From assembly GCA_041745615.1 (NCBI GenBank), contig JBGTIP010000017.1, positions 48,420-112,419 on the forward strand: a stretch of 64,000 bases of DNA, given 5' to 3'. This DNA is from Pyrinomonadaceae bacterium (GTDB lineage Bacteria > Acidobacteriota > Blastocatellia > Pyrinomonadales > Pyrinomonadaceae). Below, piece by piece: positions 43,292 through 52,048 of the stretch. The position numbers were made by a program, and so were the translations under genes. Below the pieces are notes generated by a model. It saw only the letters and a program-made list of their open reading frames with translations. It was not told the DNA's origin and did no database searches. The number at the start of each line of letters is the position of its first letter. The stretch's first letter is position 1.

Positions 43292-44332
43292 ATGGATACA
43301 ACACAACAGAAGGCTGAAATAAACCCCTCGCAGATCATGGAGGTCGGACTCGGCTTTATGAAGTCAAAGGTCTTACTGACCGCGACCAACCTCGGGCTTT
43401 TCACATTCCTGGCCAAAGGGGAAAAGCCGGGAAAGGAGATCGCGTCCGAACTCGGCCTGCACGAGCGTGGTCTTTACGATTTCCTTGACACGCTCGTTGC
43501 ACTTGGTTTCCTTGATCGGGCCGGAATTCGCGATACTTCCGTTTATCGAAACACACCTGAGACCGACTTATTTCTCGACGAGAACAAACCGTCGTATATC
43601 GGCGGGATCCTGAAAATGGCGAATAATCGTCTATTCCGTTTTTGGGCAGATCTCGAAGAGGGGCTAAAGACCGGCAAACCCCAGAACGAAGTCAAAACGG
43701 GCCAGGAGGCGGTTTTTGAAATGCTTTACTCCGACCCCGATCGGCTTCGCGAATTTGTTATGGCAATGGGCGGCATCCAGCTTGGCAATTTTGCCAAGTT
43801 TGCGTCGGATTTTGATTTCTCGTCCTATAACACGCTTTGTGATGTCGGCGGTTCCGGCGGCCACCTTTCGATGCAGGTAGCGTTGAAGAATCCGCATCTG
43901 AAGTGCACGTCATTTGACCTGCCTGCAGTGCGGCCGATCGCCGCCGATCTGATCCAAAGCGCCGGTGTTGCTGATCGGGTGACGCTCGCGGAGGGCGACT
44001 TTTTCAAGGACCCGCTGCCAAATGCAGATGTGATCACGATGGGAAACATTCTTCACGATTGGGGAACGGCGGACAAAAAAATGCTGATAAGGAAAGCATT
44101 TGATGCGCTTCCCGAAGGCGGATCATTTGTCGTGATTGAGAATATTATCGATAATGACAGGCGCCAGAATGCATTCGGGATGCTAATGTCTTTGAATATG
44201 CTGATCGAGACTGACGAAGGATATGATTTTTCCGGGGCGGATTTCGATGCGATGACAAAGGAAGCCGGATTCAAAGAAACGCGGGTGATGCCGCTGACTG
44301 GACCGGCCAGCGCGGCGATCGCTGTCAAATAA
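43292..44332 (+). CDS. Class I SAM-dependent O-methyltransferase (family 2, with dimerisation domain)
   Basis: ORF 43256-44332. ATG 43292 preferred because GGAG lies 7 nt upstream. SAM motif LCDVGGSGGH and GNILHDW. COMT/CrtF-like architecture. Confidence 0.75.
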   Translation: MDTTQQKAEINPSQIMEVGLGFMKSKVLLTATNLGLFTFLAKGEKPGKEIASELGLHERGLYDFLDTLVALGFLDRAGIRDTSVYRNTPETDLFLDENKPSYIGGILKMANNRLFRFWADLEEGLKTGKPQNEVKTGQEAVFEMLYSDPDRLREFVMAMGGIQLGNFAKFASDFDFSSYNTLCDVGGSGGHLSMQVALKNPHLKCTSFDLPAVRPIAADLIQSAGVADRVTLAEGDFFKDPLPNADVITMGNILHDWGTADKKMLIRKAFDALPEGGSFVVIENIIDNDRRQNAFGMLMSLNMLIETDEGYDFSGADFDAMTKEAGFKETRVMPLTGPASAAIAVK

Positions 44333-44437
44333 ATGATTTTGGCCGCGATCTACGCTGATCACGGATATAAAGGAAGTGCTAAGTTAATTTTGCGAAATCC
44401 GCGTCATCGCTTTTGATCCGCGGCAAAACTTTTTCCT

Positions 44438-45307
44438 ATGTCAAAAATAGTTAAATGCGGGCTCATCCAGGCCCATAACGTTGGCCACGTCAACGGTTCG
44501 ATCGACGCGATAAAAAAAGCAAATATCGACAATCAGATGAAGCTTGTCGAGGATGCTGCTAAACAGGGCGTCCAGATGCTGTGTTTTCAGGAGATCTTTA
44601 CCACACCCTATTTCTGCGCCGAGCAGCAGACCCGCTGGTACGACGCGGTTGAAAAGATACCTGACGGCCCCACAATGAAGCTCATGATGGACGTAGCAAA
44701 ACAGCATGGAATGGTGCTGATCGTTCCGATCTATGAGGAAGAGCAAACGGGAATATATTACAATTCCGCGGCTGTTATCGACGCGGACGGAAAGTATCTC
44801 GGAAAATATCGCAAGACCCATATTCCCCACGTCAATCCTGGCTTTTGGGAGAAATTCTATTTCCGGCCGGGCAATCTCGGTTATCCGTGCTTCGACACGG
44901 CATTCGCCCGGATCGGCGTATATATATGTTATGACCGACACTTTCCGGAAGGTGCACGCTGCCTGGGCCTTAACGGTGCTGAGATCGTATTTAATCCCTC
45001 GGCGACAGTAGCGGGTCTGTCCGAATACCTCTGGAAACTCGAGCAGCCGGCCCATGCCGTCGCAAACGGCTATTTTGTCGGTGCGATCAACCGCGTCGGC
45101 ACCGAGGCTCCGTGGAACATCGGCGAGTTCTACGGCCAGAGCTATTTCTGCGATCCCCGCGGTCAGATCATTGCCGAGGCATCCCGCGACAAGGACGAGC
45201 TTGTCGTCGCCGATCTAGATATGGACATGATCCGCGAGGTGAGAAACACCTGGCAGTTTTTCCGCGACCGCCGGCCCGATGCCTACGAACAGATCGTGGC
45301 TGACTAA
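44438..45307 (+). CDS. Nitrilase-superfamily beta-ureidopropionase (N-carbamoyl-beta-alanine amidohydrolase) candidate
   Basis: 289 aa. CN-hydrolase triad context (CFQEIF..., YRKTHIP, ICYDRHFPE). The C-terminal NPSATVAGLSEYLW ... INRVGTE ... FYGQSYF ... WQFFRDRRPDAY resembles eukaryote-type beta-alanine synthase. Confidence 0.7.
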   Translation: MSKIVKCGLIQAHNVGHVNGSIDAIKKANIDNQMKLVEDAAKQGVQMLCFQEIFTTPYFCAEQQTRWYDAVEKIPDGPTMKLMMDVAKQHGMVLIVPIYEEEQTGIYYNSAAVIDADGKYLGKYRKTHIPHVNPGFWEKFYFRPGNLGYPCFDTAFARIGVYICYDRHFPEGARCLGLNGAEIVFNPSATVAGLSEYLWKLEQPAHAVANGYFVGAINRVGTEAPWNIGEFYGQSYFCDPRGQIIAEASRDKDELVVADLDMDMIREVRNTWQFFRDRRPDAYEQIVAD

Positions 45308-45315
45308 GGGTTTTC

Positions 45316-45388
45316 ACCGCAGAGACGCAGGGTCGCGGAGAAAGAACAACACAGCAGCCAAAACTCTGCGACTTTGGGTCTCTGCGGT
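45316..45388. repeat. REP-like palindromic element (CGCAGAG core) between beta-ureidopropionase and preT
   Basis: ACCGCAGAGAC (45316-45326) pairs perfectly with GTCTCTGCGGT (45378-45388). Inner arms are partly complementary (GCAGGGTCGCGGAG vs CTCTGCGACTTTGG). Confidence 0.6.
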
Positions 45389-45399
45389 TAAGTTCCTTT

Positions 45400-46812
45400 A
45401 TGGCCAAAAACTACTGCACACCGCTCGACATTACCCAGATCGAGCAGAATTTTGCCGACATTAATCCCGCGTTGACGCCGGCTGAGGCGCTGTATGAGGC
45501 AAACCGCTGTCTTTACTGCTTTGACGCCCCGTGCATGCACGCCTGTCCGACGCACATCGATGTTCCGGGTTTTATAAAAAAGATCGCGAGCGGCAACTTG
45601 CTGGGTTCCGCACGTGTGATATTCGACGCTAATCCGATCGGGGCTACATGCGCCCGTGTGTGTCCGGTTGAGGTGCTCTGCGAGGGCGCGTGCGTCGAAA
45701 AGACTCTGCTGCAGAAGCCTATCGAGATCGGCCGGCTGCAGCGTCATGCCACCGACTATGCCATCGAAAAGGGCCGGGAGATATACGAGAAGGGAACTCC
45801 TAACGGGAAATCTGTCGGGATCGTCGGTTCCGGACCGGCCGGGCTCTCCTGCTCAGCATACCTTGCCAGACTCGGTTATGACGTTACCGTCTATGAACAG
45901 AAACCACTTGCAGGCGGCCTCGACACCTATGGCATCGCCGAATATAAAATGTCGCAAAAGGTGTCGTTCGACGAGGTCGCGAGCATTCGCCGGATGGGCG
46001 TCGATTTCAAGACCAGAACGCAGATAGTCGGCGAGGGGGCCGTGCCAGGAAAGGACGATAGCGGTTTGGAAAAGGTGAGTTTTGGCACCCTGGCCGAGAA
46101 ACACGACGCCGTTTTCCTGGCCGTCGGCTTGGGCGACACGCACCGAATGGACATTCCCGGTGAAGACCTTCCCGGCGTTTTCGACGCACTCGATTTCATC
46201 GAGAGGGTCAAAACCAGAAACTGGAAGGAGGTGCCGCTCGGCGAGATCGTTGCCGTTATCGGCGCGGGCAATACGGCGATCGACGCGGTCACGCAGGCCA
46301 AGAGACTGGGGGCTAAGCGCGTCTTGCTGATCTATCGAAGGACGGAAAAAGATGCGCCTGCGTACGATTACGAACTCGAACTGGCCAAGAAGGACGGGGT
46401 CGAATTCGTCTGGCAGGCAGCTCCGGTCGAGATACTTGCAGACGACAAAGGAAAGCACGTCGCCGGGCTTCGCTGCCAACGCACCGATGGGTCAGACGGC
46501 CAGTTCTCTATCGGCTGCGATATGGTCATCAAGGCCATCGGCCAGCAAAAGATGCGGTCGTTTTTTGAAACCGTCGCCGGCGTCGCTATCGATGACAAGG
46601 GACGTGTGGTGGTCAACGACCGCATGCAAACCTCAAACCCAAAGATCTATGCTGGCGGCGATTGCGTAAACGGCGGTGCTGAGGCCGTCGATGCCGCCCA
46701 GATGGGTAAGCTGGCCGCCCGTGCGATTCACGCGAACTTGACGGGTGAGATCGCACATTTTGCCGGAGCAGAAGTGGCTCAAGTCGAAACTGGCCGCACG
46801 CCTCATCATTGA
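45400..46812 (+). CDS. preT: NAD-dependent dihydropyrimidine dehydrogenase subunit PreT (GltD-like)
   Basis: 470 aa. N-terminal Fe-S motif CLYCFDAPCMHACPTHIDVPGFI, FAD/NAD dinucleotide folds GIVGSGPAGLSC and VIGAGNTAIDA, and IYAGGDCVNG. Confidence 0.8.
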   Translation: MAKNYCTPLDITQIEQNFADINPALTPAEALYEANRCLYCFDAPCMHACPTHIDVPGFIKKIASGNLLGSARVIFDANPIGATCARVCPVEVLCEGACVEKTLLQKPIEIGRLQRHATDYAIEKGREIYEKGTPNGKSVGIVGSGPAGLSCSAYLARLGYDVTVYEQKPLAGGLDTYGIAEYKMSQKVSFDEVASIRRMGVDFKTRTQIVGEGAVPGKDDSGLEKVSFGTLAEKHDAVFLAVGLGDTHRMDIPGEDLPGVFDALDFIERVKTRNWKEVPLGEIVAVIGAGNTAIDAVTQAKRLGAKRVLLIYRRTEKDAPAYDYELELAKKDGVEFVWQAAPVEILADDKGKHVAGLRCQRTDGSDGQFSIGCDMVIKAIGQQKMRSFFETVAGVAIDDKGRVVVNDRMQTSNPKIYAGGDCVNGGAEAVDAAQMGKLAARAIHANLTGEIAHFAGAEVAQVETGRTPHH

Positions 46813-46837
46813 GAGAAGATAAAAGGGAGCAAGATCT

Positions 46838-47710
46838 ATGTCAATTATTCTGATCACCGGCAGCAACAGGGGCATTGGCAAGGCGGCGGCGCTTCATTTG
46901 GCGGAAAAGGGCCACCGCGTCTACGCATCGATGCGCGACACCGGTAAAGCTGCAAACCTTCGCGCCGCCGCTGAAGCAAAGGGCCTCTCGCTCGAATATC
47001 TCCAACTTGATGTCACGGACGACGCCTCTGTAAAAACAGCCGTCTCCAAGGTGCTCGACAAGGAAGGCCAGATCGACGTGCTGATAAACAATGCCGGCAT
47101 CGGCCCGGTCAGCCCGCTTGAGGAAATGGACGACGCCGCATGCCGGGCGGTTTTCGAAACTAATTATTTTGGAGTTCTTAGCGTAACGCGGGCCTGTTTG
47201 CCGACAATGCGGGCGAACCGAAGCGGAACCATCGTGAACATCAGCTCCGTTGCAGCACGAGTAGCCGCGGAATGCATGGGGGCCTACTCCGCAACCAAAT
47301 GGGCTCTCGAGGCCTCCAGTGAGTCGCTGGCCCAGGAACTCGTGCCCCACAATATCCATGTCGTACTAATCGAACCCGGCATCACCCACACCGATATGGC
47401 CGACGGTATCGCGGATCAACTGGCCGGATCACCTGATTCTGCGTATACGCAGGCCGCCCAGCATATCCACGCGGTTTTCTCAGGCTCTCTGCAAGCCGGT
47501 TCAACGACTCCTGAAGAGGTTGCACAGACGATCGACGATGCACTCAATGATCCACACCCAAAATTGCGTTATCCCGTCGGCGACGGCGCCCGAGATTTCG
47601 TCGCGGGCCGCGCCCGAATGAAAGACGAGGACTGGATCGCGATGGGCCGCCATACGACGGTTGATGATTATTTTCAGGAATTCGCGGTAAGATTCGCTCC
47701 ACCTACTTAA
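46838..47710 (+). CDS. Short-chain dehydrogenase/reductase (classical SDR)
   Basis: 290 aa. ITGSNRGIGKA (TGxxxGIG), NNAG and YSATK catalytic motif. Confidence 0.85.
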   Translation: MSIILITGSNRGIGKAAALHLAEKGHRVYASMRDTGKAANLRAAAEAKGLSLEYLQLDVTDDASVKTAVSKVLDKEGQIDVLINNAGIGPVSPLEEMDDAACRAVFETNYFGVLSVTRACLPTMRANRSGTIVNISSVAARVAAECMGAYSATKWALEASSESLAQELVPHNIHVVLIEPGITHTDMADGIADQLAGSPDSAYTQAAQHIHAVFSGSLQAGSTTPEEVAQTIDDALNDPHPKLRYPVGDGARDFVAGRARMKDEDWIAMGRHTTVDDYFQEFAVRFAPPT

Positions 47711-47751
47711 TAGGCGGGCGATAGGCAAAAACTGTCCTATAATACAAAATC

Positions 47752-49506
47752 ATGGCACAAACAGATCAAAACGCTGACTTAAAGCCAACCGGATTCGTCA
47801 ACAAGGCTCTAGACATCATCGAGCGCGTAGGTAACAAACTGCCCGACCCGGCGGCGTTGTTTCTCCTGCTGCTATTTCTCGTATGGATACTCTCGGCGGT
47901 GCTCGCATCGGTGAGCTTTGCCGAGATCGATCCGCGCAATGGCAAGCCGTTGGTGGTCAACAATCAGCTTACGGGAACGGCAATCGCCTCTTTTCTCTCC
48001 ACGATGGTAACTACGTTTACCAGCTTCCACCCCTTGGGCGTAGTGTTGGTTGCTCTGCTAGGTGTTGGTGTGGCGGAGCATACCGGTTTTATAAATGCTT
48101 CGCTGAAGGGATTGCTCAGCTTCACATCGCCCAAGCTGCTAACCCCGATGCTCGTCTTCATAGGCGTTCTTAGCAGCACCGCGGCGGATGCGGGCTATGT
48201 GCTGGTGATTCCATTGGGTGCAGTGATCTTCTATTCGGCCGGCCGGCATCCATTGGCGGGCATATCCGCGACATTCGCCGGGGTGTCGGGCGGTTTTAGC
48301 GCCAATCTGATCCCGTCTTCACTCGATCCGCTGCTCTCGGGACTGACGCAGTCTGCGGTACAGATACTCGACGCCTCGCGGACGGTCAATCCGCTCAGCA
48401 ACTGGTATTTCATGGCGGCGTCGTGCTTTTTGATCGTCCTCGTGGGATGGTTCATTACCGACAAGATCGTCGAGCCGCGTTTGAAAAGCGTCGAGATCGA
48501 CGGCGATCCTGACGAAATGCCCAAGATGGAAGTACTCGGGCCCATGGAGAAGCGCGGTCTCGCTGCCGCCGTGGTGTCGATCGTGATCGGTCTCGGTATC
48601 CTCGCGGCGGTTTCGATCCCAGAGACCTCGCCGATGCGTTCACCGGTCGCTTACAAGCTGTCAGAACAGTCCGCGACGAACCTGCGCGCCTCTAACGTTC
48701 CACCCGAGGTGATGAAAAAGATCGGCCCGCTGATCAATCAGGAGCTTTTTGGCACCAAGCCTTTCGACGACGCTATCAAGGCCCGTCTGACTCCTGACGA
48801 GTACACGCAGTACGGAGCCGTCATCACGCAGAATACCGAGTCCGTCCCGCCGCAGCTAACGGCATCAGCATCTCCGCTCATGCAGGCCATTGTGCCGTTT
48901 ATCTTCCTTCTCTTTATCATCCCAGGTATTGTCTACGGGTATGTCGCTAAGACGGTCGAAAACCACCGGGACATTATAAAAGGAATGAGTCACGCGATGA
49001 GCACGATGGGCTATTACATCGTCCTCGCTTTTTTTGCATCGCTTTTTATCGCGGCGTTCGGCCAGTCCAATTTAGGAGCGTTGCTCGCCTTAAAAGGAGC
49101 GAGTTTCCTGCAGTGGCTCGATATGCCGGGACAGGTGACGATAATCGGTATTATCTTCCTTTCCTGTCTGGTAAATCTGCTCGTCGGCTCGGCCTCGGCG
49201 AAGTGGGCTCTTCTCGCTCCGATCTTCGTGCCAATGCTCATGCAGCTCGGCTTATCGCCAGAGCTTTCGCAGGCTGCCTATCGCATCGGCGATTCGTCGA
49301 CCAACATCATCACGCCGCTGATGCCGTATTTCCCGCTAGTGGTCGTCTTTGCACAGAAATACGTAAAGGGCACCGGCATTGGCACACTCGTATCAATGAT
49401 GCTGCCGTACTCGATCGCTTTTCTGGCCTTCTGGATCGTTTTCCTGATGATCTTCTGGGGCTTAGGCATTCCGATGGGACTACAGGCACCGTACACGTAT
49501 CCGTAA
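47752..49506 (+). CDS. AbgT family transporter
   Basis: 584 aa. IERVGNKLPDPAALF N-terminal signature and a multi-TM body typical of AbgT/MtrF. Confidence 0.85.
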   Translation: MAQTDQNADLKPTGFVNKALDIIERVGNKLPDPAALFLLLLFLVWILSAVLASVSFAEIDPRNGKPLVVNNQLTGTAIASFLSTMVTTFTSFHPLGVVLVALLGVGVAEHTGFINASLKGLLSFTSPKLLTPMLVFIGVLSSTAADAGYVLVIPLGAVIFYSAGRHPLAGISATFAGVSGGFSANLIPSSLDPLLSGLTQSAVQILDASRTVNPLSNWYFMAASCFLIVLVGWFITDKIVEPRLKSVEIDGDPDEMPKMEVLGPMEKRGLAAAVVSIVIGLGILAAVSIPETSPMRSPVAYKLSEQSATNLRASNVPPEVMKKIGPLINQELFGTKPFDDAIKARLTPDEYTQYGAVITQNTESVPPQLTASASPLMQAIVPFIFLLFIIPGIVYGYVAKTVENHRDIIKGMSHAMSTMGYYIVLAFFASLFIAAFGQSNLGALLALKGASFLQWLDMPGQVTIIGIIFLSCLVNLLVGSASAKWALLAPIFVPMLMQLGLSPELSQAAYRIGDSSTNIITPLMPYFPLVVVFAQKYVKGTGIGTLVSMMLPYSIAFLAFWIVFLMIFWGLGIPMGLQAPYTYP

Positions 49507-49525
49507 ATCAAGGAGGTAATAGCAA

Positions 49526-49690
49526 ATGCAGAGAAACGATATCGACCCGGAACCGAGACACGATGTGCCGCCAGACGACGCCGACCAGCCTGTCGAGGAG
49601 CAGGAACATCCCGTCGAGGGCGTAAAACATAAGCCCGAACCAGACGCCGAGAATATCATGCCGGCCGAGGACGGGCCGGGAACCCTTTAA
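49526..49690 (+). CDS. Candidate 54-aa acidic, Pro-rich small protein
   Basis: Below the ORF-track length cutoff. AAGGAGG (49510-49516) lies 9 nt upstream of ATG 49526. Translation: MQRNDIDPEPRHDVPPDDADQPVEEQEHPVEGVKHKPEPDAENIMPAEDGPGTL*. No homolog recognised. Confidence 0.25.
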   Translation: MQRNDIDPEPRHDVPPDDADQPVEEQEHPVEGVKHKPEPDAENIMPAEDGPGTL

Positions 49691-49708
49691 GTCGGAAGGA
49701 GTAAGCAG

Positions 49709-50137
49709 ATGAGAGAGTTGCAGATTTGTGTGATCTTAGCCCTGTCCGTTGTAATAGCAGGTGCGCAATCTAGGTCTGCGCGCGAGGTGCTGGCGGCGAA
49801 TGAGGCTTTTGACCGTGCCATCGTGACGAGGGATGCCGATGCTTATAAGCGGATCATGGCCGACGATTTCATATTCACAGCCGCTGACGGAAAGGTTTCT
49901 GACAAGAAAGGCGAGATAGAAGGCGTACGCACCCGCCCCCTCACGTTTGAATCTGGTAAAAGCGACGACGTGCGGGTGAGGGTCTATGGAAATACCGCTG
50001 TCGTCACAGGACGTTTCACGGCGAAAGGGAAAAATGACGGACGCGATATCACGTTTATCGAGCGCTATACGGCGGTTTTTGTAAAACGCGGCGGTCGCTG
50101 GCAAATGGTTGCGGAGCAGGCAACTGAGATCCGTTGA
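49709..50137 (+). CDS. SnoaL-like/DUF4440 (NTF2 fold) secreted protein
   Basis: 142 aa. Signal peptide. ANEAFDRAIVTRDADAYKRIMADDFIFTAADG ... RYTAVFVKRGGRWQMVAEQAT is the DUF4440 pattern. Confidence 0.65.
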   Translation: MRELQICVILALSVVIAGAQSRSAREVLAANEAFDRAIVTRDADAYKRIMADDFIFTAADGKVSDKKGEIEGVRTRPLTFESGKSDDVRVRVYGNTAVVTGRFTAKGKNDGRDITFIERYTAVFVKRGGRWQMVAEQATEIR

Positions 50138-50153
50138 TCAGCAGAAAACTCCT

Positions 50154-51401
50154 ATGGCAGACCTAAACATTAATTTCGCAGGAATAAAATCCCTCAACCC
50201 CTTCTGGCTCGCCAGCGCGCCGCCAACGAATATGGGGTCGATGGTCGAGCGGGCGTTTGACGCGGGGTGGGGCGGGGCTGTTTGGAAGACGCTTGGCGAG
50301 CCCATCGTTAATGTTTCTTCGCGTTTGGCGGGGCTTGACCACGGCTCGAACCGTCTGATCGGGCTCAACAACATCGAACTGATCACCGACCGTCCGCTCG
50401 ATGTAAATCTCAAAGAGATCTACGACTGCAAAAAGAAGTATCCGAATAACGCGGTCATCGTCTCCCTCATGGTCGAGTCAAAACGCGAGGCGTGGCACGA
50501 GATCGTTAAGAAGTCGCAGGATACGGGTGCCGACGGTTTCGAGCTTAATTTCGGCTGTCCTCACGGTATGTCGGAACGCGGAATGGGTGCCGCGATGGGC
50601 CAGGTGCCCGAATACACGTGCATGGTCACCGAATGGGTCAAAGAGGTTTCCAACCTTCCGGTGATCGTAAAGCTCACGCCGAATGTTACCAACATCGTGC
50701 CCCCCGGCCGCGCAGCTCAAAAAGGCGGTGCCGACGCCGTTTCGCTTATCAATACGATCAACTCGGTAATGGGCGTCGATGTCGATACGATGATCCCGTA
50801 CCCGAACGTCAACGGCATGGCGGCCCACGGCGGCTATTGCGGCACGGCGGTCAAGCCCATCGCTCTCAATATGGTCTCCGAGCTTGCCCGCGACGGCGAG
50901 TTCAATATTCCGATCAGCGGCATCGGCGGCATCAATACGTGGAAAGACGCGGTCGAATTCATGCTCCTCGGTGCCGGCAATGTTCAGGTCTGCACGTCCG
51001 TGATGCATTACGGCTATCGCATCGTCGAGGACATGATCGACGGCCTCAACAACTATCTCAACGAAAAGGGCTTCGCAAGCGTAAACGACATCATCGGCAA
51101 ATCGGTCAGCCGGGTTACCGATTGGGGCGATCTCGACCTCAACTACGACGTCAAGGCCCACGTTAACGAGGAGCACTGCATCCGCTGCAATCTTTGTTAC
51201 GTCGCCTGCGAGGACGGTGCCCATCAGAGCTTCGAATTTGTCCAGTCAAACGGCCACCGCTACCCCCGAGTCATCGAGTCCGAATGCGTAGGCTGCAACC
51301 TATGCGCCCTGATCTGCCCCGCACCCGGCGCCATCACGATGATCCGCAAAGACGACGGCTCAAACCCGCAGTCGTGGAGGGAAAGGACGACAGCTGATTA
51401 A
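50154..51401 (+). CDS. preA: NAD-dependent dihydropyrimidine dehydrogenase subunit PreA (DHODH-like with 2x[4Fe-4S])
   Basis: ORF 50109-51401 with start at ATG 50154 (MADLNINFAGIKSLNPFWLASAPP). ELNFGCPHGM. C-terminal ferredoxin motifs CIRCNLCYVACED and CVGCNLCALICP. Confidence 0.85.
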   Translation: MADLNINFAGIKSLNPFWLASAPPTNMGSMVERAFDAGWGGAVWKTLGEPIVNVSSRLAGLDHGSNRLIGLNNIELITDRPLDVNLKEIYDCKKKYPNNAVIVSLMVESKREAWHEIVKKSQDTGADGFELNFGCPHGMSERGMGAAMGQVPEYTCMVTEWVKEVSNLPVIVKLTPNVTNIVPPGRAAQKGGADAVSLINTINSVMGVDVDTMIPYPNVNGMAAHGGYCGTAVKPIALNMVSELARDGEFNIPISGIGGINTWKDAVEFMLLGAGNVQVCTSVMHYGYRIVEDMIDGLNNYLNEKGFASVNDIIGKSVSRVTDWGDLDLNYDVKAHVNEEHCIRCNLCYVACEDGAHQSFEFVQSNGHRYPRVIESECVGCNLCALICPAPGAITMIRKDDGSNPQSWRERTTAD

Positions 51402-51460
51402 AGAGATGGGGAATGGGAATTCAAAAGGGAAGGATAATAGCCTCTTGGGATTAAGCTCGT

Positions 51461-51772
51461 TCAACGCTCCAGCCTCTCTCGAGATTCGGCTGACAGGCGG
51501 GCGAGGTGCTCATCCGTCAGCAGGTCGTGTTGGCGGAGGGCGAAAAGGTTTATAAGAATATTGGACCTTCGCCAGCCGTCGAAGCAATCGGCGACTACTT
51601 TATTTCCCTTATCTAGAAGGTCATGGAGAAGCAGGAACCTATCGTGGTGGCTCGCCATTTGATCATTGACGATTCGATTGGCCTCCGTATTTATCCGCTC
51701 GCAAAGAGCTTCAAGTAGCTCACCTTTCAAACTGCGAAGGTATTTCCAGTCACGTTCGGGTACGCTGAACAT
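51461..51772 (-). CDS. Hypothetical 103-aa protein
   Basis: Isolated minus-strand ORF with coding-like composition and an AT-rich upstream region. No family recognised. Confidence 0.45.
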   Translation of the reverse strand: MFSVPERDWKYLRSLKGELLEALCERINTEANRIVNDQMASHHDRFLLLHDLLDKGNKVVADCFDGWRRSNILINLFALRQHDLLTDEHLARLSAESRERLER

Positions 51773-51861
51773 ATCTTGATGGCGTTATTCTAGCCTGAAA
51801 TGCGTCCACTTTGCACTTATTGTATGAATTCAAGTATTTTTTTGTTTCTTAAATAAAACAC

Positions 51862-51890
51862 TTGACAATCACTGCAACGTATGTTAGATT
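51862..51890 (+). promoter_or_regulatory. Sigma70-type promoter candidate for the APH/ACAD gene pair
   Basis: -35 TTGACA (51862-51867), 17-nt spacer, -10 TAGATT (51885-51890). About 160 nt upstream of ATG 52049. Confidence 0.4.
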
Positions 51891-52048
51891 CTCTCTGTCG
51901 GCTGTTGTGCCGGCCGCTGCCGCCTTCGTACGGTAAGCGAAATTGACAATTTAACTAGCGATCATTGCCGTGGCGAAAAAGTTTGCGGATAATCCTTTCA
52001 TCATTTCTGAAAAGCAGTGTTTTAGCGGGCCTGTTTGCAGAAGGGCGT

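Noticed and set aside
41837-46479. Several 170-210-aa minus-strand ORFs (41837-42448, 44441-45055, 45853-46479, 46841-47359)
   Set aside because: Each lies fully inside a motif-supported plus-strand gene (mmsA, beta-ureidopropionase, preT, SDR).
50478-51224. 248-aa minus-strand ORF and the 50618-51166 plus-strand alternative frame
   Set aside because: Both overlap preA, whose frame carries DHODH-like and ferredoxin motifs. The alternatives are Arg/His-rich shadow frames.
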